Of a stretch of 32,000 nt of DNA, positions 16,127 through 23,508 are shown one piece after another. Numbering within the stretch: position 1 is the first letter of the stretch; the number at the start of each line of letters is the position of its first letter. Where the stretch lies: assembly GCF_001652585.1 (NCBI RefSeq), contig NZ_LWLG01000006.1:60001-92000 (forward strand), read 5' to 3'. Source of the DNA: Thermosulfurimonas dismutans. Its GTDB lineage: Bacteria; Desulfobacterota; Thermodesulfobacteria; Thermodesulfobacteriales; Thermodesulfobacteriaceae. The notes under the pieces were generated by a model that was not told the DNA's origin, searched no databases, and worked only from the letters and a program-made list of their open reading frames with translations. A program made the position numbers and the translations under genes.

Positions 16127-17912
16127 GACGGACCTCCCTTTAAGGGAGCCTGCCCTTCTGGTCCTTGCCTACCGATACTTGGTAAAGGACGAAAACGGCG
16201 AAGTAGTGGAGACCCCTGAGGAGATGTTCTGGCGGGTGGCCCGGACAGTAGCCGAGGCCGAAAGTTTCTTCGGAGAAGATCCGGAACCCTGGGCCGAAAA
16301 ATTTTATCACCTCATGGCCTCTCTGGATTTCCTCCCCAACTCCCCTACCCTCATGAACGCCGGTCTTCCCCTAGGACAGCTCTCGGCCTGTTTCGTGCTA
16401 CCGATAGAGGATTCCCTGGCGTCCATTTTCGAAACTCTGAAAAACGCGGCCCTCATTCACAAATCCGGCGGTGGAACCGGCTTTTCTTTCTCTCGTATAA
16501 GACCCAAGGGCGATGTGGTTAGGAGCACTCAGGGAGTAGCCAGCGGGCCGGTTTCCTTCATGAGGGTCTTTAACGCCGCCACCGAGGCCATCAAACAGGG
16601 CGGCAAGCGCCGCGGGGCCAACATGGGCATCCTGCGGATAGATCATCCAGACATTGAGGATTTCATCCTGGTAAAGCGAGATTTTAAAGAACTCACCAAC
16701 TTCAACCTCTCCGTGGCCTTAACGGACGCCTTCATGGAAGCCCTTAGGAAAGACGATTACTTCTCTCTTATAAATCCCAGAACCCAAAAGGAAGTTCGCA
16801 GAGTTCGAGCGCGGAGGCTATTTGACCTCCTAGTAGAAAGTGCCTGGCTTACCGGAGATCCGGGGGTTATCTTCATCGACACCATCAATCGAGACAACCC
16901 TACCCCCCTGCTCAGCGAAATCGAAAGCACCAATCCGTGTAGCGAACAACCACTGCTTCCCTACGAATCTTGTAACCTCGGGTCTATCAATCTCTCCCGC
17001 TTCGTTAAAGAAGGACAGGTGGATTACGTACGTCTCAAAGAAGTCGTACACCTGGCCGTACGGTTTCTCGATAACGTCATCGAAGTGAATCGATTTCCCT
17101 TGCCTCAAATCGCCAGGATCACCCGGCTCAATCGCAAGATAGGCCTTGGAGTAATGGGCTTTGCGGACCTACTCATTAGGTTAGAAATCCCATACACTTC
17201 TAGAGAGGCCGTAAGGCTGGCGGAAGAAATCATGGCCTTTATCGAGCGGGAATCCGTAGCCGCAAGCATGGAGTTGGGCCAAAAACGGGGAAGCTTTCCC
17301 GCCTATGCCGGAAGCGTATGGGACAAACCCGAAACCCCTCACATGCGGAACGCCACCACCACTACCATCGCCCCTACCGGGACTCTCTCCCTCATCGCCG
17401 GGACCTCCTCGGGCATCGAACCCCTCTTTGCCCTGATCTACCGCCGAAGGGCCTTTGATGGAGCCGAGTGGACCGAAGTCCATGATCTCTTCTTGGAGGC
17501 CCTTGCCCATTACGGCCTTTCTTCCCAAGATATCGTTTCTGAAATCCTAGAAAAAGGGAGTCTGCGCAAGATTTCCGGCGTACCGGAAAAACTTAAGAAA
17601 CTCTTCGTAACAGCCTTAGAGATCCCGCCGGAGCAACACCTAGCCGTCCAGGCGGCCTTCCAGCGTCACACCCACAACGCAGTCTCGAAGACCATAAATC
17701 TTCCGGAAAACGCCACCAAGGAGGAAGTTGCACACATTTACCTCAAAGCTTACGAGATGGGACTTAAGGGGGTCACAGTATATCGCTATGGCTCTCGTCC
17801 AGAGCAGGTCCTGAGACTACCCAAGGATAAGTGTCCGGACTGTGGGAACACGCTTAAAAACCGAGAATATTGTCTCCTCTGTGAGAATTGCGGTTATTCC
17901 GAGTGCGGCTAG
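16113..17912 (+). CDS. nrdJ: Adenosylcobalamin-dependent (class II) ribonucleotide reductase
   Basis: TNPCSEQPLLPYESCNLGSINL active-site region, SGGGTGFSFS, and a C-terminal Cys-rich tail CPDCGNTLKNREYCLLCENCGYSECG. Confidence 0.95.
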   Translation: MKFPKTDLPLREPALLVLAYRYLVKDENGEVVETPEEMFWRVARTVAEAESFFGEDPEPWAEKFYHLMASLDFLPNSPTLMNAGLPLGQLSACFVLPIEDSLASIFETLKNAALIHKSGGGTGFSFSRIRPKGDVVRSTQGVASGPVSFMRVFNAATEAIKQGGKRRGANMGILRIDHPDIEDFILVKRDFKELTNFNLSVALTDAFMEALRKDDYFSLINPRTQKEVRRVRARRLFDLLVESAWLTGDPGVIFIDTINRDNPTPLLSEIESTNPCSEQPLLPYESCNLGSINLSRFVKEGQVDYVRLKEVVHLAVRFLDNVIEVNRFPLPQIARITRLNRKIGLGVMGFADLLIRLEIPYTSREAVRLAEEIMAFIERESVAASMELGQKRGSFPAYAGSVWDKPETPHMRNATTTTIAPTGTLSLIAGTSSGIEPLFALIYRRRAFDGAEWTEVHDLFLEALAHYGLSSQDIVSEILEKGSLRKISGVPEKLKKLFVTALEIPPEQHLAVQAAFQRHTHNAVSKTINLPENATKEEVAHIYLKAYEMGLKGVTVYRYGSRPEQVLRLPKDKCPDCGNTLKNREYCLLCENCGYSECG

Positions 17913-18664
17913 GCCTTCCGAAGATAGAGACACTCCCCGGCCAAAATTCTTATCATCCTTCCTTCTTCGGTCTTAAGGATAAGGGCTCCCTCTTCGTCCA
18001 CCTCGCAAGCCATCCCAATAAAGAGCCCCTCAGGAGAAGCCACCCGAACCTTTCGGCCCAGGGTATCCGAAAGTGTCCTCCACCTCGAAAGCACCTCCTC
18101 TGGCGAGAAATCCTCAAAGATAGTATAAAGTTCCTTTAAGATAGATCGCAGAAGCTCCTCTCGAGAGAGCCTCCTTCCCAAAATTTCACAAAGGGCCACC
18201 CCGGAAGACTCAAATTGCGAAACAGGATGATTCACATTTACCCCTATGCCAATGAGAGCATATTTGGGAACTTTCTCTCCGGGGGCCATTTCAAGGAGGA
18301 TGCCAGCCACTTTTCGCCCACCGTAAAGTACATCGTTCGGCCACTTAAGGGTTACCGAAAGGTCGTATTCTTTTTTAATGGCCCTGGCCACCGCCACTCC
18401 GGAAGCCAATGAGAGGAGATGGGCCTTTTTCGACGGAATTTCAGGACGCACGATGAGAGTAAAATAAAGCCCCCCTTCAGGCGAAAGCCAGTTTCGGCCG
18501 CGGCGGCCCCTTCCACGGTTCTGTTTTTCAGCCACCACCACCCCGATCTTGCCCTCCTCGGCAAGGATCCGGGCCACGTCCATAGTACTCTCTACTTCCG
18601 AATAAGAAAAAAGGGGGACCTTAACCCAAGACGAACTCTCCATATTGGCTAAGTTTATCATCAT
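17909..18664 (-). CDS. birA: Biotin--[acetyl-CoA-carboxylase] ligase, no N-terminal HTH (group I BirA)
   Basis: GRGRRGRNWLSPEGGLYFT, KWPNDVLYGGRKVAGIL. The exact start among M1/M2/M8 is uncertain because no SD is visible. Confidence 0.9.
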   Translation of the reverse strand: MMINLANMESSSWVKVPLFSYSEVESTMDVARILAEEGKIGVVVAEKQNRGRGRRGRNWLSPEGGLYFTLIVRPEIPSKKAHLLSLASGVAVARAIKKEYDLSVTLKWPNDVLYGGRKVAGILLEMAPGEKVPKYALIGIGVNVNHPVSQFESSGVALCEILGRRLSREELLRSILKELYTIFEDFSPEEVLSRWRTLSDTLGRKVRVASPEGLFIGMACEVDEEGALILKTEEGRMIRILAGECLYLRKA

Positions 18665-18680
18665 TGAGAGTGTTCCGAAA

Positions 18681-18709
18681 TTGCCTAAAAAGGCTTTATA
18701 TATTAATAT
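18681..18709 (+). promoter_or_regulatory. Candidate sigma-70 promoter for the small ORF/tyrA
   Basis: TTGCCT (18681-18686), 17-nt spacer, TAATAT (18704-18709). The ATG at 18721 is only 11 nt downstream and no SD is present. Confidence 0.4.
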
Positions 18710-18720
18710 TCAAAATTGTC

Positions 18721-19029
18721 ATGAAGGCTCTAGATAGAGGTCTAAAAAAAGGTTGGTTATGGTGTCTCTTGGGAGGGAGCCTGCTTATGGCCCTTCTCAT
18801 ACTTGGGGGAGAGCTCACCGGTAAGGCCAAGGTTATGGAGACCCCTGTCGCCGAATTGAATCTTAAAGAGATTCAACTCCTAAAAGAGTACCACGGTGCT
18901 AGGGCCGTAAAGTTTGAAAATGGCAAATGGTATTTCCTTGGCCCCCGAGGGCGTAAGTGGTATCCCCTCACCACTTCCATGGCCTGTCGGGAGCTCAGGC
19001 TTTCCTGCACGGAAACGGTCGCTAAATGA
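18721..19029 (+). CDS. Hypothetical small membrane-anchored protein (102 aa)
   Basis: One TM segment (WLWCLLGGSLLMALLILGG) then a short soluble domain. ATGA start/stop overlap with tyrA supports real translation. The upstream part of the ORF-track ORF (18664-18720) is covered by the promoter boxes. Confidence 0.55.
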   Translation: MKALDRGLKKGWLWCLLGGSLLMALLILGGELTGKAKVMETPVAELNLKEIQLLKEYHGARAVKFENGKWYFLGPRGRKWYPLTTSMACRELRLSCTETVAK

Positions 19030-19904
19030 AACCTTCCCTCATTGGTATTGTCGGCGGGCTGGGTAGAATGGGGGCCTGGTTCCGCCGAGTTTTTGAGGAA
19101 GCGGGATACACCGTTCTGGTCTCCGATCTCAATACCCCTTTGACCAACCGTGATCTTGCGGAAAGATGCGAAGTGGTAATTGTTTCCGTGCCCATGCCGG
19201 TCTTCCCGAAGGTCATTCGGGAAATAGGGCCTCATCTTCCTAAAAACGCCGGCCTCATAGACCTTTGTTCCTTAAAGGCCCGAGAAGTAAAACTCATGTT
19301 AGAGCACAGTACCTCTGAAGTGGTAGGGGCTCACCCTCTTTTCGGCCCATACGAAAAAGGTCTTCAAGGACAAACCGTAGCCCTTTGTCCGGCCCGGGGG
19401 CAAACCTGGTACCAATGGTTTAAGGACTTCCTAGAAGAAAAGGGCGCCCGTACGGTTACCGTATCTCCTGAAGAACACGACCGTATCATGAGCTTGGTCC
19501 AAGTCCTGAACCATTTTTGGCTCCTGGTACTCGGAAGGACCATTGAAAAAAGCAGGCTTTCTCTCGAAAAACTGGTGGCCCTTTCCACCCCTAGCTTCAA
19601 AAGACAGCTAGAAATCTTCTCTCGGCTGGCTCCTCAGGACCCCGAACTCTATGCCGCCATCCAGTTTGACAACCCTTTAGGAGACGAAACTCGAAAGCTT
19701 TTCTGGCAACTCTCCAAAGAACTTTCCGAAATCATTGCCCATCGAGACCGCAAGACCTATATAGAGTATTTTAAAGATATGCAGATCTTAGCCCGAAAGG
19801 TAGGGACCTTCCTTTCGACCTCGGCGAATCCAAAACAGAAGCCCCCCCAAAACGACCATCAGGACACAGAAGACCTGTCCACGGGTCATCCAGCCAAACA
19901 GTAA
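19026..19904 (+). CDS. tyrA: Prephenate dehydrogenase
   Basis: Rossmann motif IGIVGGLGRMGAWF, then VGAHPLFGP and SPEEHDRIMSLVQVLNHF. The last 39 codons lie antisense to the lgt 3' end. Confidence 0.85.
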   Translation: MKPSLIGIVGGLGRMGAWFRRVFEEAGYTVLVSDLNTPLTNRDLAERCEVVIVSVPMPVFPKVIREIGPHLPKNAGLIDLCSLKAREVKLMLEHSTSEVVGAHPLFGPYEKGLQGQTVALCPARGQTWYQWFKDFLEEKGARTVTVSPEEHDRIMSLVQVLNHFWLLVLGRTIEKSRLSLEKLVALSTPSFKRQLEIFSRLAPQDPELYAAIQFDNPLGDETRKLFWQLSKELSEIIAHRDRKTYIEYFKDMQILARKVGTFLSTSANPKQKPPQNDHQDTEDLSTGHPAKQ

Positions 19905-20603
19905 AGACACCCCTAGGTCTGGTTCTCGGAAAAATTCGATGAAGAAACGGATCAAACCATAAAGCACCATAAAAAGAGCCAGTTTTGTCCCCGAAGCCCA
20001 AGGTTTACGCCTTACGGACCAAAGCACAAGGAAGAGCACCAGGCCTTCCCCCAGAGCTTCGTAAAGCTGTGAAGGATGTCGCGGCACCGGGCCACCGGCC
20101 GGAAAGATCATGGCCCAGGGAACATCCGTAGGTCTGCCGAAAAGCTCTCCGTTTATAAAGTTTCCTAAGCGGCCGAGACCAAGACCTATGGGGACCGTGA
20201 CCACCAGAAGATCCGCCCACCAGAAGAAGGAAAGCCGATGTCGACGGGCATAAAGCCAGCCCGCTACCACCGCTCCGATAAGCCCTCCGTGAAAGGACAT
20301 CCCTCCGTGCCAGACGGCAAAGATCTCAAGCGGATTCTTGAGGTAATAACCAGGATAATACAAAAGGACATGGCCCAATCTGGCCCCGACAATGAGGCCC
20401 ACTCCTCCCCAAAAAAGGACGTTTTCGAGCACAGGATAGAGCTTCTTAAGCCCTCTTTCTCGGAGTTGATAACGGGCCAAAAAATAGGCCGCCAGGAACC
20501 CTAAAAGATACATCAGTCCGTACCAGCGAACGGCCAAAGGACCAACCCTAAAGATTTCAGGATCTATACGGGGATAAGGAAGCATGTCTCCATTATAAAA
20601 CAT
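19788..20603 (-). CDS. lgt: Prolipoprotein diacylglyceryl transferase
   Basis: VRWYGLMYLLGF, WHGGMSFHGGLIG, GRLGNFINGELFGRPT. The start is uncertain (TTG 20633, ATG 20603 or ATG 20585). ATG 20603 was chosen from the typical N-terminal length. Confidence 0.9.
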   Translation of the reverse strand: MFYNGDMLPYPRIDPEIFRVGPLAVRWYGLMYLLGFLAAYFLARYQLRERGLKKLYPVLENVLFWGGVGLIVGARLGHVLLYYPGYYLKNPLEIFAVWHGGMSFHGGLIGAVVAGWLYARRHRLSFFWWADLLVVTVPIGLGLGRLGNFINGELFGRPTDVPWAMIFPAGGPVPRHPSQLYEALGEGLVLFLVLWSVRRKPWASGTKLALFMVLYGLIRFFIEFFREPDLGVSLLFGWMTRGQVFCVLMVVLGGLLFWIRRGRKEGPYLSG

Positions 20604-20676
20604 GTTTTTTGGACGCAAAGCCTGGATCGTCAAATTTTTGGCTTTATCTTTTTAGAAAAAGGGGGAGGTAAGGACT

Positions 20677-21291
20677 ATGCCGATAATTATTGGAGAGTCA
20701 GAAATTCAGGAAAGAGATCTAGATGCCAGAGCCTTAAGAGTCTTTCTAAAGGCCCTGGAGTTGCTAGGAGGTCCTAGGAAACTCATCGAACTACGCAATC
20801 TAACCTGGGTCACTAGCCTGATGGAAGCTTCTTACGCTGTAATCCTTGCGGAAGAAGGCCTCAAAACCGAAGATGAGATCGCGGCTTTCCTGGGGCTTAC
20901 CCGCCAGACGGTTAGAAACATCCTGAGGGCTGATCCCGAACTCGTTATGATGAAGCTGGAAGGCGAACTTCGAGAAAAGACCCCCAAAGCCCATACCGCC
21001 GGAGGTCTTGCCAAATTGGCTTACCGAGAGATCAAAGAGGGTCGGGACGCCCTCATCTTTTTCTCGAGTCTGGTAGAAGAGGGGGCCCGACTACTCGGAG
21101 TGGGCTGGCCGGCGGAGGTCTTGGCCCGCCTAAAAGGTCTTCACTTTCCGGTTGCCGGAACCGAGATTGGACAAAGACTCAAAGGTCTAAAGGTTAAGGG
21201 AAAGGACCTCGGAGATATTGCGGCCACAAAAGATATTTATCATCATCCACGAGAAATCTTACAGGTACTTTCAGAAGCCTTGAAAGATTAA
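20677..21291 (+). CDS. Hypothetical helix-turn-helix protein (204 aa)
   Basis: Strong SD (GGGGGAGG). HTH-like segment EDEIAAFLGLTRQTVRNILR. No family recognised. Confidence 0.7.
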   Translation: MPIIIGESEIQERDLDARALRVFLKALELLGGPRKLIELRNLTWVTSLMEASYAVILAEEGLKTEDEIAAFLGLTRQTVRNILRADPELVMMKLEGELREKTPKAHTAGGLAKLAYREIKEGRDALIFFSSLVEEGARLLGVGWPAEVLARLKGLHFPVAGTEIGQRLKGLKVKGKDLGDIAATKDIYHHPREILQVLSEALKD

Positions 21292-22616
21292 TCCTTATAC
21301 TTGATGTTCTCCTTCTGGGTCATCTGGCGCAGACGGGCTAAGGCCTTTTTTTCAATCTGCCGAATCCGCTCTCTGGAGACCCCAAAACGCTTGCCGATTT
21401 CCTCCAAGGTATATTCGCCCTCTTCCCCGATACCGAAACGCAGCCGGATAATTTTCTCCTCTCGGGGAGAAAGGGTAGAAAGGAGACTTCGGATCTTCTC
21501 CGAAAGATCCCGGTCCTTTACCTCCTCGTAAGGAGAAGGACTGTCCTTGTTCTCTATGAAGTCCCCCAGGGTGCTATCCTCGTCTCCGATGGGAAGCTCA
21601 AGGGAAACCGGCTCCCGTGAGGCCTCGAAGATGGCCAGAATCTTTTCCCGAGGAAGACCCGTACGTTCCGAAAGCTCGGCCGGGGTAGGTTCCCGACCCA
21701 GCTCCTTTACCAACTCGTAAAAGGCCTTAAAGAACTGACTGCGGAGCTCCAGAAAGTGGACTGGAAGGCGTATGGTGCGGGTCTTGTCCAAGATGGCCCG
21801 GGTAATAGCCTGCCGTATCCACCAAGAAGCGTAGGTACTAAACTTATTGCCCTTTCGATAATCGAATCGGAAGACCGCCCGCATGAGACCCAGATTACCT
21901 TCCTGGATAAGATCTGCGAGAGGCAACCCTTGGCCGATATAGCGCTTGGCGATGGAAACCACCAAACGCAGATTGGCCCGCACCATCTCGTCCTTGGCGG
22001 CCTCAATCTCGGAGACCCGGACTTTAACCTCCTCATAGAGTTTCTGGAGGCTCTCATCTCCAGGATACCTCTCTTTCATCTCCTCAATGGAGTTGACCAG
22101 AAAGTTCAGGAGACTCTTCTTAGGCTTGAGACCCGGATCTCGCTTTCTCCAGAGGGCAATTTCAGCCCTTAGGGCCTCCATTTCGGGGACTTGGGAAGGA
22201 TGTTTTTCCACCGCCTCTATAATGGCATAAAACCCACCTCTAATAATTTTGGAGAGCTCGGCTTCCCGCTCCGGGGTAAGAAGAGGGTATTTGCCCATCT
22301 CCTTGAGATAAAGGCTGGTCACCTCTTCGGATTCGGAGGGCTCTTCTTCCTCGCCTGCCTCAAGCTCACTTTCCGAAAGGGTAGAAAGCTCCTGAATCTT
22401 CTTCTGAGCCTCTTTTTCTATCCAATCTTCTTTTTCGTAGAGTTGCTTCTCGTCTAGGATTTCAATATTGTTCTTGGAAAGAAAATCAAAAATTTCTTCA
22501 ATTTTATCGGGATCGTCGTAATTCTCAGGTAAAATCTCGTTCAAGGCTTCGTAAGTAATAGCTCCATTCTTGCCCATCTCCAGAAGCTTCTTTTCAAGCT
22601 CCTTCTTGGTACTCAT
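21288..22616 (-). CDS. rpoD: RNA polymerase primary sigma factor (sigma-70)
   Basis: Region 2 LIQEGNLGLMRAVFRFDYRKGNKFSTYASWWIRQAITRAI. Region 4.2 TLEEIGKRFGVSRERIRQIE. Acidic N-terminal linker. Confidence 0.95.
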   Translation of the reverse strand: MSTKKELEKKLLEMGKNGAITYEALNEILPENYDDPDKIEEIFDFLSKNNIEILDEKQLYEKEDWIEKEAQKKIQELSTLSESELEAGEEEEPSESEEVTSLYLKEMGKYPLLTPEREAELSKIIRGGFYAIIEAVEKHPSQVPEMEALRAEIALWRKRDPGLKPKKSLLNFLVNSIEEMKERYPGDESLQKLYEEVKVRVSEIEAAKDEMVRANLRLVVSIAKRYIGQGLPLADLIQEGNLGLMRAVFRFDYRKGNKFSTYASWWIRQAITRAILDKTRTIRLPVHFLELRSQFFKAFYELVKELGREPTPAELSERTGLPREKILAIFEASREPVSLELPIGDEDSTLGDFIENKDSPSPYEEVKDRDLSEKIRSLLSTLSPREEKIIRLRFGIGEEGEYTLEEIGKRFGVSRERIRQIEKKALARLRQMTQKENIKYKD

Positions 22617-22678
22617 TAGACTTCACCCACCCTTCACCAAAAGTTTGAACTTATAGTTTTTAACAAACAAAAACCCCT

Positions 22679-22706
22679 TTGACAAGTCCTCCTTTAATGT
22701 TAAACA
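22679..22706 (+). promoter_or_regulatory. Candidate sigma-70 promoter (extended -10) for the Tpt1-like gene
   Basis: Perfect -35 TTGACA (22679-22684), 16-nt spacer, then TGtTAAACA (-10 at 22701-22706). The ATG at 22726 is 19 nt downstream across an A-rich tract with no SD. Confidence 0.4.
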
Positions 22707-22725
22707 TCAAAATAAAAAAGTCAAA

Positions 22726-23442
22726 ATGGCGGATACAAAAAGGCTTATCAAGTTAGTCCATTATATGCTGGTCTACCGACCCGATGAGTTCGGTCTCATA
22801 CCCGATAATGAGGGTTTTGTAAAGATCAAAGACTTACATTTGGCTATCACCGAAACCGACGGCTTCCGAGGGGTTAGACGAAAAGAACTTGAAAGCCTCT
22901 TTGAAGTCTTTGCACGAGAACGGTTTGAGTATCGTCGAGATCTCGGTCTGGTAAGGACTAAAGATCAAGTCCAGTTTACTGGGGTGGAGTATACCGAAAA
23001 CCCTCCCGCTCGACTCTACCTTCCAGTCAAACCCAGAGCCTGGCTCCATATCTCCGAGAAGGGTTGGCAACGACCCGACCAAGCGATTATGACCCCAGAC
23101 AAGGATCTGGCAAAAAAACTCGCCCGGAGAAAGGGGGCCCTTTTGATCGAAGTGGATACCACTATCGCCCGAGAGGAGGGGGGCATCTTCTTTCGGTTCA
23201 TCGAAAAACTTTACCTTTCCCCCTGGCTTCCGGCCAAGGCCTTGCGCGGCCCGAAAGTAGACGAAAAATTTCGGGCCCGCTACGCCCCCAAACCAAAGGC
23301 AGAACCTGAGCCCGAACCCATTATCCCATTCCGACCCGATACTCAACTCCCAGAACTCCCCTACCGCAAGATCACTCGTGGAAAAAAGAAAAAAATCCCC
23401 TGGAAAACAGGACGAAAGGAAAAGAAAAAAGGAGATTGGTAA
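22726..23442 (+). CDS. Tpt1/KptA (RNA 2'-phosphotransferase)-like protein with substituted catalytic motifs and a Lys-rich C-terminal tail
   Basis: N-terminus KRLIKLVHYMLVYRPDEFGLIPDNEGFVKIKDL parallels the KptA pattern SKFLSxVLRHxPexxGLxLDxeGW. RERFEY...VRTKDQVQ parallels KqRFe...IRAxQGHS. PPARLYLPV parallels PPxxLYHGT. Tail is KITRGKKKKIPWKTGRKEKKKGDW. Confidence 0.7.
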   Translation: MADTKRLIKLVHYMLVYRPDEFGLIPDNEGFVKIKDLHLAITETDGFRGVRRKELESLFEVFARERFEYRRDLGLVRTKDQVQFTGVEYTENPPARLYLPVKPRAWLHISEKGWQRPDQAIMTPDKDLAKKLARRKGALLIEVDTTIAREEGGIFFRFIEKLYLSPWLPAKALRGPKVDEKFRARYAPKPKAEPEPEPIIPFRPDTQLPELPYRKITRGKKKKIPWKTGRKEKKKGDW

Positions 23443-23463
23443 AGATCGCAAATCAATTAAGGG

Positions 23464-23491
23464 TTGCTTTATAGGCGAAGGGGTTTATAGT
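23464..23491 (+). promoter_or_regulatory. Candidate sigma-70 promoter of the efflux operon
   Basis: TTGCTT (23464-23469), 16-nt spacer, TATAGT (23486-23491), 17 nt upstream of the tolC-like ATG. Confidence 0.35.
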
Positions 23492-23508
23492 TGAGGAAGG
23501 GGGAAAGG

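Noticed and set aside
17820-17912. Cys-rich C-terminal tail of NrdJ (CPDC...CENC...C) as a novel domain
   Set aside because: Cys-rich zinc-ribbon-like tails that mediate re-reduction are an established feature of many class II ribonucleotide reductases.
22834-23451. 205-aa minus-strand ORF covering the Tpt1-like gene
   Set aside because: Codon-aligned antisense shadow frame of the plus-strand gene. The plus-strand product has collinear family similarity and a promoter; the minus-strand product has neither.
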